Under the pieces are notes generated by a model. The model did no database searches and had not been told where the DNA came from. It was given only the letters and a program-made list of their open reading frames with translations. A stretch of 64,000 nucleotides of DNA, taken from the IMG/VR virus record IMGVR_UViG_3300044731_000789, positions 1 to 64,000 of that record; one strand, given 5' to 3'. Position 1 is the stretch's first letter, and each line of letters starts with the position of its first letter. A program made the position numbers and the translations under genes. Shown one piece after another: positions 18,603 to 28,078 of this stretch. This DNA is from a virus.

Positions 18603-18867
18603 AATATGGGATATATTATGACAATTAACGAACATGTATCAATAATTCGTGAAATTAATACTGAGTTGGCAATATTTAAACACAAATTAAATATTTTTGC
18701 CAGCATTGGAGCCAGTAAACATGTGTCTGACTGCGCCTTTTCAATAGGGTTGCGTTTAGACCGGCGCAAAAGACACGTTGCTGCAATTAATTGTTTCCAA
18801 ATTTAACTTGACAATCTGATATCAAATGTAGTATACTCAAATTTTACTACATCTGATATCAATCCTT

Positions 18868-19893
18868 ATGAAAATATGCCTATTAGGCGATTGCCATTTC
18901 TGTTACAAAAATTCATTTAATGAATATTACAAAAAGTTTTATTCACAAGTCTTTTTTCCCTATCTTGAAGCAAATAATATAAAAACAGTTGTTCAATTTG
19001 GTGACATTTTTGATAATCGTTCCAAATTGGATATTATTGGTTTAGAATTTGCTAATATGGAATTCTTTTCAAAATTCACCGATGCGATAAGATTGGTTAC
19101 ATTACTTGGTAATCATGATATTGTTAAGAAAAACACCTTGAAACATAATTCACCAAACGTTGCTATAGATAGCTCATATTGGGTGAATATTGTTTCCAAA
19201 CCATTTGGATTTGGAAACTGTCTTATTATACCATGGATATGTGAAGAAAATTCTGCAGAAATATTTTCGGCAATCGAAAAAACTAGCTGCAAATTTTTGT
19301 TTGCTCATTTGGAATTATCTGGATTTGAAATGAATAGGGGCTATATAATGGAAAATGGACATGATCCAAAACTCTTTTCGAAGTTCGAAAAAGTGTTTTC
19401 AGGCCATTATCATTGTCCAAGTTCTGGTGGAAATGTTGTGTACCTTGGTACACCATATGAACTGACTTTTTCGGATTGTGATGATCAAAAATATTTTTAC
19501 ATATTTGATACAGAAACTGGTGATTTGGAAGCAATACCAAATCCATACAAAATGTTTCACAAAATTGTCTACAATGAGGGATCGGATTACGATCTAAGTT
19601 CTGTAGAAAATTGTATTGTGAAAGTTATTGTTGAAGCAAAAACTGATCAAATGAAGTATGATATTTTCATGAAAACGTTGACAGAATGTAATCCAATGGA
19701 ATTAAAAGTTGTTGAAAACTTTGAGCAATTTGGTGATGAAAAAATAGATGTTGACAATATTGATATTTCTGATACACTATCTTTGTTATCAAAATATGTG
19801 GAAGAGACTTCCATGGATATTGATAAAGGATATATGAAAAATATATTGAATGATCTTTATAATGATGCGATAAAATTGGAATATGGTGAATAA
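18868..19893 (+). CDS. gp47: Recombination endonuclease (Mre11-like)
   Basis: LGDCHF, QFGDIFDNR, LGNHD, HLELSGF, FSGHYH, YLGTPY. Confidence 0.95.
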   Translation: MKICLLGDCHFCYKNSFNEYYKKFYSQVFFPYLEANNIKTVVQFGDIFDNRSKLDIIGLEFANMEFFSKFTDAIRLVTLLGNHDIVKKNTLKHNSPNVAIDSSYWVNIVSKPFGFGNCLIIPWICEENSAEIFSAIEKTSCKFLFAHLELSGFEMNRGYIMENGHDPKLFSKFEKVFSGHYHCPSSGGNVVYLGTPYELTFSDCDDQKYFYIFDTETGDLEAIPNPYKMFHKIVYNEGSDYDLSSVENCIVKVIVEAKTDQMKYDIFMKTLTECNPMELKVVENFEQFGDEKIDVDNIDISDTLSLLSKYVEETSMDIDKGYMKNILNDLYNDAIKLEYGE

Positions 19894-20149
19894 CATCAAC
19901 TAATAGATGTATCAAATGGGTCAATAGAATCTGGATACATGTGTGTAAAATGTGGTGAATTATTTAAATCATACGGAAAATAGTTATGTTATGTCCAATA
20001 TGTCACAATACAGTTTCATCTGGTAGATGTTACCATTCTTTACAAGAAAGAACTGTTGCAGCAAATTTTGCCAGTAGGGTAATCTATAATTACAATATGG
20101 GCAAAATAGATGTATCAGATTATGTAAAACAAATGAATTTGAAAAATAG

Positions 20150-21871
20150 ATGATAAAATTTACACGAGTATTTTATAAAAATTTCTTATCAAGTGGTTCC
20201 GGTGGAACAGAAATTTTTTTAGATAAAACATCTTCATCACTATTGGTTGGTCGGAATGGTTCAGGCAAAAGTTCCATGATTGACGCAATATGCTTTGCAT
20301 TATTCAACAAATCTTTCCGAAATTTATCAAAACCAAAAATTGTAAACTCTAAAAACAAAAAACAATGCCTCTGCGAAGTAAACTTCGAAATTGGTACAAA
20401 ACAGTATCTAGTAAAAAGAGGCATCAAACCAGATATTTTTGAAATTTGGATCGATAATGAAATGGTCGATCAATCTGCAAAAAAGTTTGATTACCAGGAA
20501 TATCTTGAACAACAAATTTTACAATTAAACTATAAATCTTTTACTCAGATTGTAATACTTGGTTCCAGGGCATATACACCATTTATGGAACTAAAGACTG
20601 GTCCAAGACGAGAAGTGATAGAAGATTTGTTGGATTTGACAATTTTTTCAAAAATGAATTTGGTATTAAAGGAACGTATCAAATCTTTGACAGATTCTGT
20701 CCAGAAGTTGGATACAAAAATTGATTCATTATATAATACAAAATCACTTAAAGAAAAATATGTTCAGCAAGCTGAAAAACAAAATCAATCAATTGAAGAA
20801 AGTATTATATCAAATATTGATACAACCAATACAAAATTATCACAAGTAGAACAAAATTTAGAAAAGAATAAACAAGAATTTGAAAGACTTCTTTCAGAAT
20901 TGGTTACAGATAGTAGACCATTAGAAAAGAAACTGAATAAATTTGTTGAAATACGTGGTGGTATTTTAAGTAATAAAACCAATCATACAAAGATTGTACA
21001 ATTTTATAGTAAATATGATTCTTGTCCAACATGTAACCAAGAAATTGATGAAGAATTCAAATCTGGCTTAATACTTGATTCCACATCAAAATTGGAATCA
21101 TATGAAGCAGGATTGGTCGATCTAAATGCAAAAATAGATTTGCATCAAAAACAGGTAAGAGAAATTAATAACAATGCAGCAATTCTTACCAATTTGCAAT
21201 CAACTATTAGAAATTTTGAACACCATAAGGAAACACTGTTATATCAATTGAAACAATATGAAAAACAGTTGACAGATGCACAAAATAGGAATACAATAGA
21301 TACCAATACCGAGAAAAACGAGATTGCTCAGTTACTGAGCCAAATTGAAGAATATACTGCAGAAAAGGATAGTTTGGAATATTCCAAAAAGTATTTGAAT
21401 ATGTCTGGAAAATTGTTGAAAGATGATGGCATCAAAACCATGATTATTTCACAATATTTGCCAGTTATAAACAAATTGATCAATCATTATCTTACAGTAA
21501 TGGATTTCTTTGTATCATTTAATTTTGATGAAAATTTTGACGAAATAATTAAATCCAGACATAGGGACAATTTTTCATACGCCAACCTATCAGAAGGCGA
21601 GAAGATGAGGGTGAATTTATCGATACTGTTTACATTTAGAAAGATTGCATCATTGAAAAATACTTGTAATACTAATTTGTTGATATTGGACGAAATTGCA
21701 GATTCAGTCTTGGACTCAGATGGAATAGAAATTTTGACCCAAATTTTGAAAGAGTTTGAAGACAATAATGTCTTTATGATTTCCCACAAAGATGAAATGA
21801 TGGATAAATTTGATAGAACATTGAAATTTTTTAAACAAAATGATTACTCAATTATGGAGGAAATTGGTTGA
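20150..21871 (+). CDS. gp46: Recombination ATPase (Rad50-like)
   Basis: GRNGSGKS, CPTC zinc hook, LSEGEKMR, LLILDE. Confidence 0.96.
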   Translation: MIKFTRVFYKNFLSSGSGGTEIFLDKTSSSLLVGRNGSGKSSMIDAICFALFNKSFRNLSKPKIVNSKNKKQCLCEVNFEIGTKQYLVKRGIKPDIFEIWIDNEMVDQSAKKFDYQEYLEQQILQLNYKSFTQIVILGSRAYTPFMELKTGPRREVIEDLLDLTIFSKMNLVLKERIKSLTDSVQKLDTKIDSLYNTKSLKEKYVQQAEKQNQSIEESIISNIDTTNTKLSQVEQNLEKNKQEFERLLSELVTDSRPLEKKLNKFVEIRGGILSNKTNHTKIVQFYSKYDSCPTCNQEIDEEFKSGLILDSTSKLESYEAGLVDLNAKIDLHQKQVREINNNAAILTNLQSTIRNFEHHKETLLYQLKQYEKQLTDAQNRNTIDTNTEKNEIAQLLSQIEEYTAEKDSLEYSKKYLNMSGKLLKDDGIKTMIISQYLPVINKLINHYLTVMDFFVSFNFDENFDEIIKSRHRDNFSYANLSEGEKMRVNLSILFTFRKIASLKNTCNTNLLILDEIADSVLDSDGIEILTQILKEFEDNNVFMISHKDEMMDKFDRTLKFFKQNDYSIMEEIG

Positions 21872-22167
21872 AACTTGAAATAAATGATCCATTTGAACTA
21901 CTATATTCAACAAATGTGCAGGAACTGCAAAATGGTTGCATTTTAATTACGATTAATACAATGAATGGGTATGTATGCGAACATTTTCCGTTGACAGAAA
22001 TGTACCATTGTGATACAATGCATTTTTTTGATGAAGACACATCGTTCCAAACATGTTCAGTTAAACTGACGATATCTGGAAAGAATGTTAACACATTATA
22101 TAGAAGATTTTGTGAATATACTGGAAATTATGAATATCTTTTTGTACCTTATGAGCAATTTGAATGA
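21868..22167 (+). CDS. Hypothetical protein
   Basis: GGAGG RBS; start overlaps the gp46 stop. Confidence 0.55.
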   Translation: MKLEINDPFELLYSTNVQELQNGCILITINTMNGYVCEHFPLTEMYHCDTMHFFDEDTSFQTCSVKLTISGKNVNTLYRRFCEYTGNYEYLFVPYEQFE

Positions 22168-22445
22168 AAACATTAAAATTTGATAGAAATTCTTGGCATT
22201 ACCATATGGTAACTACATACCATCAAGATATACCAAGCAGAAATTTATGTGAATATTTGCAGCAATTGGGTGTATCAATTATAGTATGTATGCTTATTTG
22301 GATATTACTTATATCCACTACATTCTTTTTGATTATCAACCCAATAGTATTTACAATTATTGCATATACATTTCATTATTTTGATCCAAGTGGTAATTCA
22401 TTATGGATTGAAGATGTAGCAATATTGGGATTTTTATTAATTTAG
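22164..22445 (+). CDS. Hypothetical membrane protein
   Basis: Hydrophobic helices; coupled start. Confidence 0.5.
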   Translation: MKTLKFDRNSWHYHMVTTYHQDIPSRNLCEYLQQLGVSIIVCMLIWILLISTTFFLIINPIVFTIIAYTFHYFDPSGNSLWIEDVAILGFLLI

Positions 22446-22596
22446 TTGGCATACTTGGATATTGTTTATCCAAATTGGTTAACTTGCTTATACTAGCAAA
22501 AAATAACATTGAGATAGATAAATTTGCACCAAATGCATATAAAACGTTGAAAGAAAAATATTGTGCTAAAATTGAATTTGTAAGTGGAGAAAATAA

Positions 22597-22863
22597 ATGA
22601 GTAATGTAATTGTGCCAACTGTTGAAAAAGATCGGGCGGAAATCCGCCAATATTTGCAAACTGCATCAGATTCTTTGACCAGGATTGCTGGTGAAAGGGA
22701 TGCAATTAAAGAAATTGTGGAAGAAGTTTCAGAAAAATTTGAAATCCCAAAGAAGTATATTAAAAAGATGATTAATATTCATCATCAAATGAATTTGGAT
22801 ACATTGCGCCAAGAATACCAAGATGTAGAAGATTTGTATACAAGTATTGTGGGGATTGAATAA
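22597..22863 (+). CDS. dsbA: dsDNA-binding protein
   Basis: ASDSLTRI.GERDAIKEI...EKFEIPKK.IKKM.NIHH pattern of T4 DsbA. Confidence 0.75.
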   Translation: MSNVIVPTVEKDRAEIRQYLQTASDSLTRIAGERDAIKEIVEEVSEKFEIPKKYIKKMINIHHQMNLDTLRQEYQDVEDLYTSIVGIE

Positions 22864-22864
22864 T

Positions 22865-23110
22865 ATGTCGTATATCGAACAGATGGTAGCAAATAAAATT
22901 ATTGATAGGGCGAATTTTGGGCTATCAAAATATGGGGTTGGAATGGACAGGACAGATATGTCTGTGTTACAATTCTTAAAAATGGCACAGGAAGAAAGTA
23001 TGGATTTTTGTGTATATTTGGAAAGATTAATTGTAGAAGAAGAATTGAGGGCACAAGACCAAAAGCAACAATCAAATATTGAACAAGATGATGGAGAAAC
23101 AACTGAATGA
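22865..23110 (+). CDS. Conserved phage hypothetical protein
   Basis: G.SKYG..MDRTD...AQEE.MD..VYLE motif. Confidence 0.65.
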   Translation: MSYIEQMVANKIIDRANFGLSKYGVGMDRTDMSVLQFLKMAQEESMDFCVYLERLIVEEELRAQDQKQQSNIEQDDGETTE

Positions 23111-23778
23111 AATTGTCAAAAGAAACTTTAGAAATATTGAAAAACTTTTCAACTATTAATGAAAACATCTGTATCAAGCCTGGAAACATTTTGACAACAA
23201 TTTCTGTTGGAAACAATATTATTGCAGAAGCGGTGATTGATGAATCATTTGACAAAGAATTTTGCATCTACAATTTAATTGAATGGTTAAATGTATATAA
23301 TGTTACAGATAATGGTGACATTTATATTATGGACAAATTCATGGACATTTCTTGGGGAAATAGTAAAATTAAGTATGGATTTGCAGACAAAGATTCAATT
23401 TATTATACCGAGAAGGTTCCAAAATTTCATCATAATGGTGGAAGTTTACCAGACCAAGTTATCGAAGTAGAAGTTGCATCCAGTACTATTAAAACTGCAT
23501 CTGTTTTAAAATCCCCCCATATGGGAATTGTATCCAATGGATCAAATGTAAAATTGAAAACATTTGATTATAATACACCATCATCAAATTCATATGAACT
23601 AGATTTGGATGTAAACCATGACAAGAAATTTGCAGCAATTTTGGACATCAATAGTTTGAAAATTCTCCCTGGAACATATAAGGTGAAAATTTCATCTGCT
23701 GGAATTACATGTTGGACAAATTTGGATAGACCTGTTACATATTATATCACATTGGATACAGTATCCAAATTTGAGTAA
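23107..23778 (+). CDS. gp45: Sliding clamp
   Basis: MKLSKETLEILKNFSTIN; F.IYNL.E.L; LKILPG.Y.V.IS. Confidence 0.95.
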   Translation: MKLSKETLEILKNFSTINENICIKPGNILTTISVGNNIIAEAVIDESFDKEFCIYNLIEWLNVYNVTDNGDIYIMDKFMDISWGNSKIKYGFADKDSIYYTEKVPKFHHNGGSLPDQVIEVEVASSTIKTASVLKSPHMGIVSNGSNVKLKTFDYNTPSSNSYELDLDVNHDKKFAAILDINSLKILPGTYKVKISSAGITCWTNLDRPVTYYITLDTVSKFE

Positions 23779-23786
23779 ACCGTTTT

Positions 23787-23873
23787 GGGGTCGATAGTGT
23801 TTATCGGAAGCACGTTAGCTGCATGAGTTGATCGCCACAGTTAAAAGTTTTGGTTCGATTCCAAATTTGCCCC
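23787..23873 (+). tRNA. tRNA-like RNA with enlarged anticodon loop, no encoded CCA
   Basis: GGGG/CCCC acceptor end; D arm GTGT/GCAC with GG; T arm TTTGG-TTCGATT-CCAAA; anticodon stem TTAGC/GTTAA encloses 20 nt. Confidence 0.6.
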
Positions 23874-23899
23874 AACTTATTAAATATTATGGGAATATT

Positions 23900-24847
23900 A
23901 TGAAGAATATTAATAATGATGAATTTTTATGGTTTAACAAGTATAGACCAACTACTGTACAAGAATGTATTCTACCAGCAGATATCAAACAAACCTTTCA
24001 GGATTTTGTTGACAAAAAAGAAATTCCTCATTTGATGTTGTTTGGAAAAGCTGGTATTGGTAAAACAACTATTGCACAATGTCTATGCAACGAAATTGGT
24101 GCTGATATGTTATACATTAATGCATCAAATGAATCAGGCATCGATACAATACGCACAAAAGTTGTTCAATATTGCTCTACAGTATCGTTCGAAGGAAACC
24201 TAAAGGTAATCCTATTGGATGAAGCTGACCGCTTATCACAAGCTGCTATGGAGGTTTTAAGACCAATAATGGAGCAATTCTCCAAAGGGTCAAGATTTAT
24301 TTTAACCGGAAATAACAAATCTGGTGTAAGCGAAGCACTTGAATCAAGATGTGCAACAATCGACTTCACAATTCCAAAAAAAGATACACCAAAATTGGCA
24401 TCACAATTTCTAAAGAGATTGAAATTCATTTTACAAAATGAAAATGTGTTGTATGACGACAAGGTTTTGGTAGAATTGATTATGAGATATTTTCCTAATC
24501 ATAGGAAAACAATCAATGAACTCCAAAAATTTGCCAGTTCTGGCACAATTGATATCGGGATTTTATCAAACTTTTCAAATGATTCATTTCAAAGTTTGAT
24601 TGCAATGATCAAAGATAAAAGGTTTACAGATGCCAGAGCATGGGTAAATGATAATTCAGATATTGAACCAGGATTTTTCTTTAAAACATTGTATGAAAAT
24701 TGTTCAAAGCAATTGGAACCAAGTAGTATTCCAGAAATGGTTCTAATTTTGGCAAAATATCAATATCAATCATCTTTCTCTATTGATCAAGAAATTAATA
24801 CAACTGCAGCAATTGTTGAACTAATGTCATCGGTACGTTTTAAATGA
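23900..24847 (+). CDS. gp44: Clamp loader ATPase subunit
   Basis: LWFNKYRP, GKAGIGKTT, ILLDEAD, SRC; start moved to ATG 23900 because the upstream extension is the tRNA-like gene. Confidence 0.95.
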   Translation: MKNINNDEFLWFNKYRPTTVQECILPADIKQTFQDFVDKKEIPHLMLFGKAGIGKTTIAQCLCNEIGADMLYINASNESGIDTIRTKVVQYCSTVSFEGNLKVILLDEADRLSQAAMEVLRPIMEQFSKGSRFILTGNNKSGVSEALESRCATIDFTIPKKDTPKLASQFLKRLKFILQNENVLYDDKVLVELIMRYFPNHRKTINELQKFASSGTIDIGILSNFSNDSFQSLIAMIKDKRFTDARAWVNDNSDIEPGFFFKTLYENCSKQLEPSSIPEMVLILAKYQYQSSFSIDQEINTTAAIVELMSSVRFK

Positions 24848-24999
24848 TTGTTTGCGTTTGTAGAAATATTACAGAAAAGCAAATTATTGAACAAATTAAA
24901 TTGGGAAAATCTTTGGCGCAAATTATTAAGTATTATGACTTAACACATTGCGCCAAATGTGTTCCATATGTGAAGGAATTGTATGACAAATGTATTTGA
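24844..24999 (+). CDS. bfd: Bacterioferritin-associated [2Fe-2S] ferredoxin (51 aa, absent from the ORF track)
   Basis: MIVCVCRNITEKQI...HCAKCVPYVKEL: CxC...CxxC spacing of Bfd; ATGA overlap with the gp44 stop. Confidence 0.8.
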   Translation: MIVCVCRNITEKQIIEQIKLGKSLAQIIKYYDLTHCAKCVPYVKELYDKCI

Positions 25000-25357
25000 T
25001 TATGTTAAAAATATTAACAAGAAAGATGACCAATTAGAGTTAACATCGGAATATGTTCCATACATTATAAACAAAGCATTTTCTACATATTATGATACAA
25101 TTTTTTATAGCAATGCTATAAATATATCTGGACCAATAGATCACCAATGGCAATATGATTTTTATTACCATGGTGTTCCAAAAAATGTAAAAAGATTTGC
25201 TAAATACCCTAAAAAGGTTTCAGATAAATATTTGTTAGTTATACAAGAATATTACAATTGTTCTTTACAAAAGGCAAAAGAGATTGTTCAAATTCTTGAT
25301 GAAAATACTTTACAAATAATTGAAATGAAATTGAATAAGGGTGGGAAAGATGGATGA
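24983..25357 (+). CDS. gp62: Clamp loader small subunit
   Basis: FDYVKNIN...YVPYIINKAFS...WQYDFY...IQEYYNCS..KA. Confidence 0.9.
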   Translation: MTNVFDYVKNINKKDDQLELTSEYVPYIINKAFSTYYDTIFYSNAINISGPIDHQWQYDFYYHGVPKNVKRFAKYPKKVSDKYLLVIQEYYNCSLQKAKEIVQILDENTLQIIEMKLNKGGKDG

Positions 25358-25766
25358 TGAGTTTTTGTGGTCAATGGATGAAATGCTGGAGGTAGAATTA
25401 ACTGAACCAGATGATTTTTTAAGAATTAAAGAGACATTGACCAGGATTGGTGTTGCTTCCAAGAAGGAAAAGACTTTGTTTCAAAGTTGTTTAATTTTGC
25501 ACAAACAAAGTAAATATTATATTATACACTTCAAAGAAATATTCAGATTGGATAAGAAATGGAGTGATATTTCTTATAATGATATGGAAAGACGTAATAC
25601 AATTGCATTGTTATTGGAACAATGGGGTTTGTGTAATATAATTTGGAAGAAAGACCAATACAAACAAAAAACACATTTATCCAATATTAAAATAATTTCT
25701 CATGCAGAGAAAAGAGATTGGAATTTGGTTACCAAAGCAGCTTTGGGCCAAGATAAGAAATATTGA
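25350..25766 (+). CDS. regA: Translational repressor
   Basis: EPDDFLRIKETLTRIGVAS, LFQSC.ILHKQ.KYYIIHFKE, RRNTIA.LL.QWGL. Confidence 0.95.
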   Translation: MDDEFLWSMDEMLEVELTEPDDFLRIKETLTRIGVASKKEKTLFQSCLILHKQSKYYIIHFKEIFRLDKKWSDISYNDMERRNTIALLLEQWGLCNIIWKKDQYKQKTHLSNIKIISHAEKRDWNLVTKAALGQDKKY

Positions 25767-25853
25767 TACAGAATTGGGAAATTTATTTCCAATCCATTTG
25801 GTGCCGAATGGGCCAAATGTGTAATTATAACTTGCCTATAAAGGGAGAAACAT

Positions 25854-26285
25854 ATGTATTACGATTCAAGTAAAGTTGCACCAAAAAACTATACACCATA
25901 TTGGACAAATCTTGTTGGATTTGAAGAAATCTTATCCATTTTGGATGCAAATTCTCATACAAAAAAACAATCATATCCTCCACATAATATTGTAAAAATT
26001 GATGAAGAAAATTACAATATTGAACTGGCTGTTGCAGGATTTTCAAAAAAAGATATCAAGGTAACAGTTGAAGATAAGGAATTGATGATTGTTGGGGAAC
26101 AACTGGATAAGAAAAAAACAGAATATGTTCACCAAGGTATTTCCGAGAAAAAATTTACCAGCAAATTCAAATTGGCAGCAGATGTAAAAGTGGTTGGTGC
26201 CACATGTGTTGATGGTATTTTGATTGTGGAATTGAAACGTATTGTTCCAGAAGAATTGAAACCAAGAAACATTCCAATTTGGTAA
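25854..26285 (+). CDS. hsp20: Small heat-shock protein (IbpA-like)
   Basis: YPPHNI, IELAVAGF, YVHQGIS, DGIL.V.L..IVPEE.KPR.I.I. Confidence 0.93.
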   Translation: MYYDSSKVAPKNYTPYWTNLVGFEEILSILDANSHTKKQSYPPHNIVKIDEENYNIELAVAGFSKKDIKVTVEDKELMIVGEQLDKKKTEYVHQGISEKKFTSKFKLAADVKVVGATCVDGILIVELKRIVPEELKPRNIPIW

Positions 26286-26304
26286 ACTAGTATCTAAGTA
26301 ACTT

Positions 26305-26341
26305 AAAAAGGCTGGTTCCAGAAATGGTTCCAGCCTTTTTT
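26305..26341 (+). terminator. Intrinsic terminator
   Basis: AAAAAGGCTGG...CCAGCCTTTTTT. Confidence 0.8.
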
Positions 26342-26342
26342 G

Positions 26343-26371
26343 TTGACAAACATTTATATCTATGATATCAT
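26343..26371 (+). promoter_or_regulatory. Sigma70-type promoter
   Basis: TTGACA-17-TATCAT with extended TG. Confidence 0.7.
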
Positions 26372-26397
26372 ACTTTCAACAAATTATGGAGATTCAT

Positions 26398-26808
26398 ATG
26401 AATTCGGTGCCAATGATGTTAGATCGGATAAATTCCTCACTATTAAATACAAGCAACTTGATAAAAAATATTGGCTATTGTTTTGCCAGAACAGAAAAAC
26501 ATTTATTAGACAGAATTAATGATAGATCAATAGATAAAGTTGATGTGATTACAACTATTTCGTATTTAACTAATAAAAAATTGTGTGAATTTATATATAA
26601 CCTAGAACATAACGAATCTGAATTTGTTAGTTTTGGTATTCAATATGATCAAGATTTTGTTATAGTTGGAACATGTAGAAAAAATAATAATATTGGATAT
26701 AATATTATCAAATTTAATACGGTGGTCAAATATCCATGCAAAAGCGTATTACATCAAGGTGGGTTTATATTAAAAATTAATAAATTGATTAGAAAGGTGA
26801 ATATATGA
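26398..26808 (+). CDS. Hypothetical protein
   Basis: GGAG RBS before ATG 26398; downstream of a promoter. Confidence 0.6.
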   Translation: MNSVPMMLDRINSSLLNTSNLIKNIGYCFARTEKHLLDRINDRSIDKVDVITTISYLTNKKLCEFIYNLEHNESEFVSFGIQYDQDFVIVGTCRKNNNIGYNIIKFNTVVKYPCKSVLHQGGFILKINKLIRKVNI

Positions 26809-27086
26809 AAGACTTGGTTCTATTAGCTCTGTATCTGAGCACATTTTTAACCCTATACACATATTTGAGTATGGATAAAGTGTTGCGAATATATGGTATG
26901 ATTATTTTGATTACATTGGTACAAGCATATGGTTGAATTTTTATTTGCTCTATTGGCAATCACTTTTCCAGTTGCACTGGACAAATTTGGTAGACTAGAT
27001 AGGTTGACATATGGTATACTGTCAACAATATTTGGTTGGCTATCTGCAATATTTTTTATGATGTATATGTTAGGAGTTTATACAAA

Positions 27087-28070
27087 ATGACTGCACAATT
27101 CAAAAAATTTCCACACATCGAACAATTCAAATCATGTATCAAACAGGTACGAGATTATTCAAAATGGAACAATGTTCCTTTACCAAAACTAACCTTTACA
27201 GGAACTGTAAAACTCCATGGTACAAATTCTGCCATTGGATTACATGTCCCAAGTGGTGAACAATTTTACCAAAGTAGAGAAAGATTGATTGATATTCAAT
27301 CAGACAATTATGGGTTTGCAATGTGGGCCAGTGGTTCGGCAGATGTATCAAATCTTTTGAAAATGATTGCCGCCATGTATGGGGCCAAAGAATATGTCCA
27401 TGTGTTCGGTGAAAACGCGGGGAAAGGTGTTCAGAAGAATGTTGGTATTTCCGAATTTGAAAAATCTTTTTACATTTTTGCAATCTCCGTTGATGATGAA
27501 TGGGTAGAATTGGACACTATTTCTAAAACATTTCTGGGCGAAAGAATTTTTTTCATCAATCAATTCCCAACATTTGAAATTGAAATTGACTTCAATGCAC
27601 CAGAATTGTCTCAAAATCAATTAGTAGAGTTAACCATTGCAGTAGAAAATGAGTGTCCAGTTTCAAAACAATTGGGTAAAGATGGCACGACTGGAGAAGG
27701 GATTGTGTTTTCCACCACATGGAATAACAAATATTTATTGTTTAAATGTAAAGGCCAAAAACACAGTTCAAGTCGTGTAAACTCTGTAAAACAAATTGCG
27801 CCAATTGATGTAGAAAAGATTGCCACGATTCGTGAATTTGTGTCTACATGTTTGGGCGAAAATAGATTGGAACAAGGAATTTTCAAGTTAGGTGAAATGG
27901 GGTTGGATGCAACAGATAATAAAAACACTGGTGCATATATCAAATGGTGTGTAGATGATGTATTTCGCGAAGAGCGTGATACAATTGTTGAGTCGCAATT
28001 GGATGTAAAAATATTGGGTAAAGAGTTATCAACTGTTGCCAGGAATTATTTCCTTAATAGACCAATTTAG
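27087..28070 (+). CDS. RNA ligase, Rnl2-like
   Basis: FKKFPHIEQF, motif I KLHGTN, GEGIV, FKCKG. Confidence 0.8.
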   Translation: MTAQFKKFPHIEQFKSCIKQVRDYSKWNNVPLPKLTFTGTVKLHGTNSAIGLHVPSGEQFYQSRERLIDIQSDNYGFAMWASGSADVSNLLKMIAAMYGAKEYVHVFGENAGKGVQKNVGISEFEKSFYIFAISVDDEWVELDTISKTFLGERIFFINQFPTFEIEIDFNAPELSQNQLVELTIAVENECPVSKQLGKDGTTGEGIVFSTTWNNKYLLFKCKGQKHSSSRVNSVKQIAPIDVEKIATIREFVSTCLGENRLEQGIFKLGEMGLDATDNKNTGAYIKWCVDDVFREERDTIVESQLDVKILGKELSTVARNYFLNRPI

Positions 28071-28078
28071 GGGGAGTA

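Noticed and set aside
23828-23899. N-terminal extension of gp44 given in the ORF track
   Set aside because: It overlaps the tRNA-like gene; gp44 similarity begins at ATG 23900
25744-25820. TGGGCCAA matches to the cis guide seed near regA/hsp20
   Set aside because: Only 8 nt, too short to call a target
25790-25853. RNA thermometer upstream of hsp20
   Set aside because: A hairpin (CATTTGG/CCAAATG) exists, but SD pairing is weak and no ROSE motif could be supported
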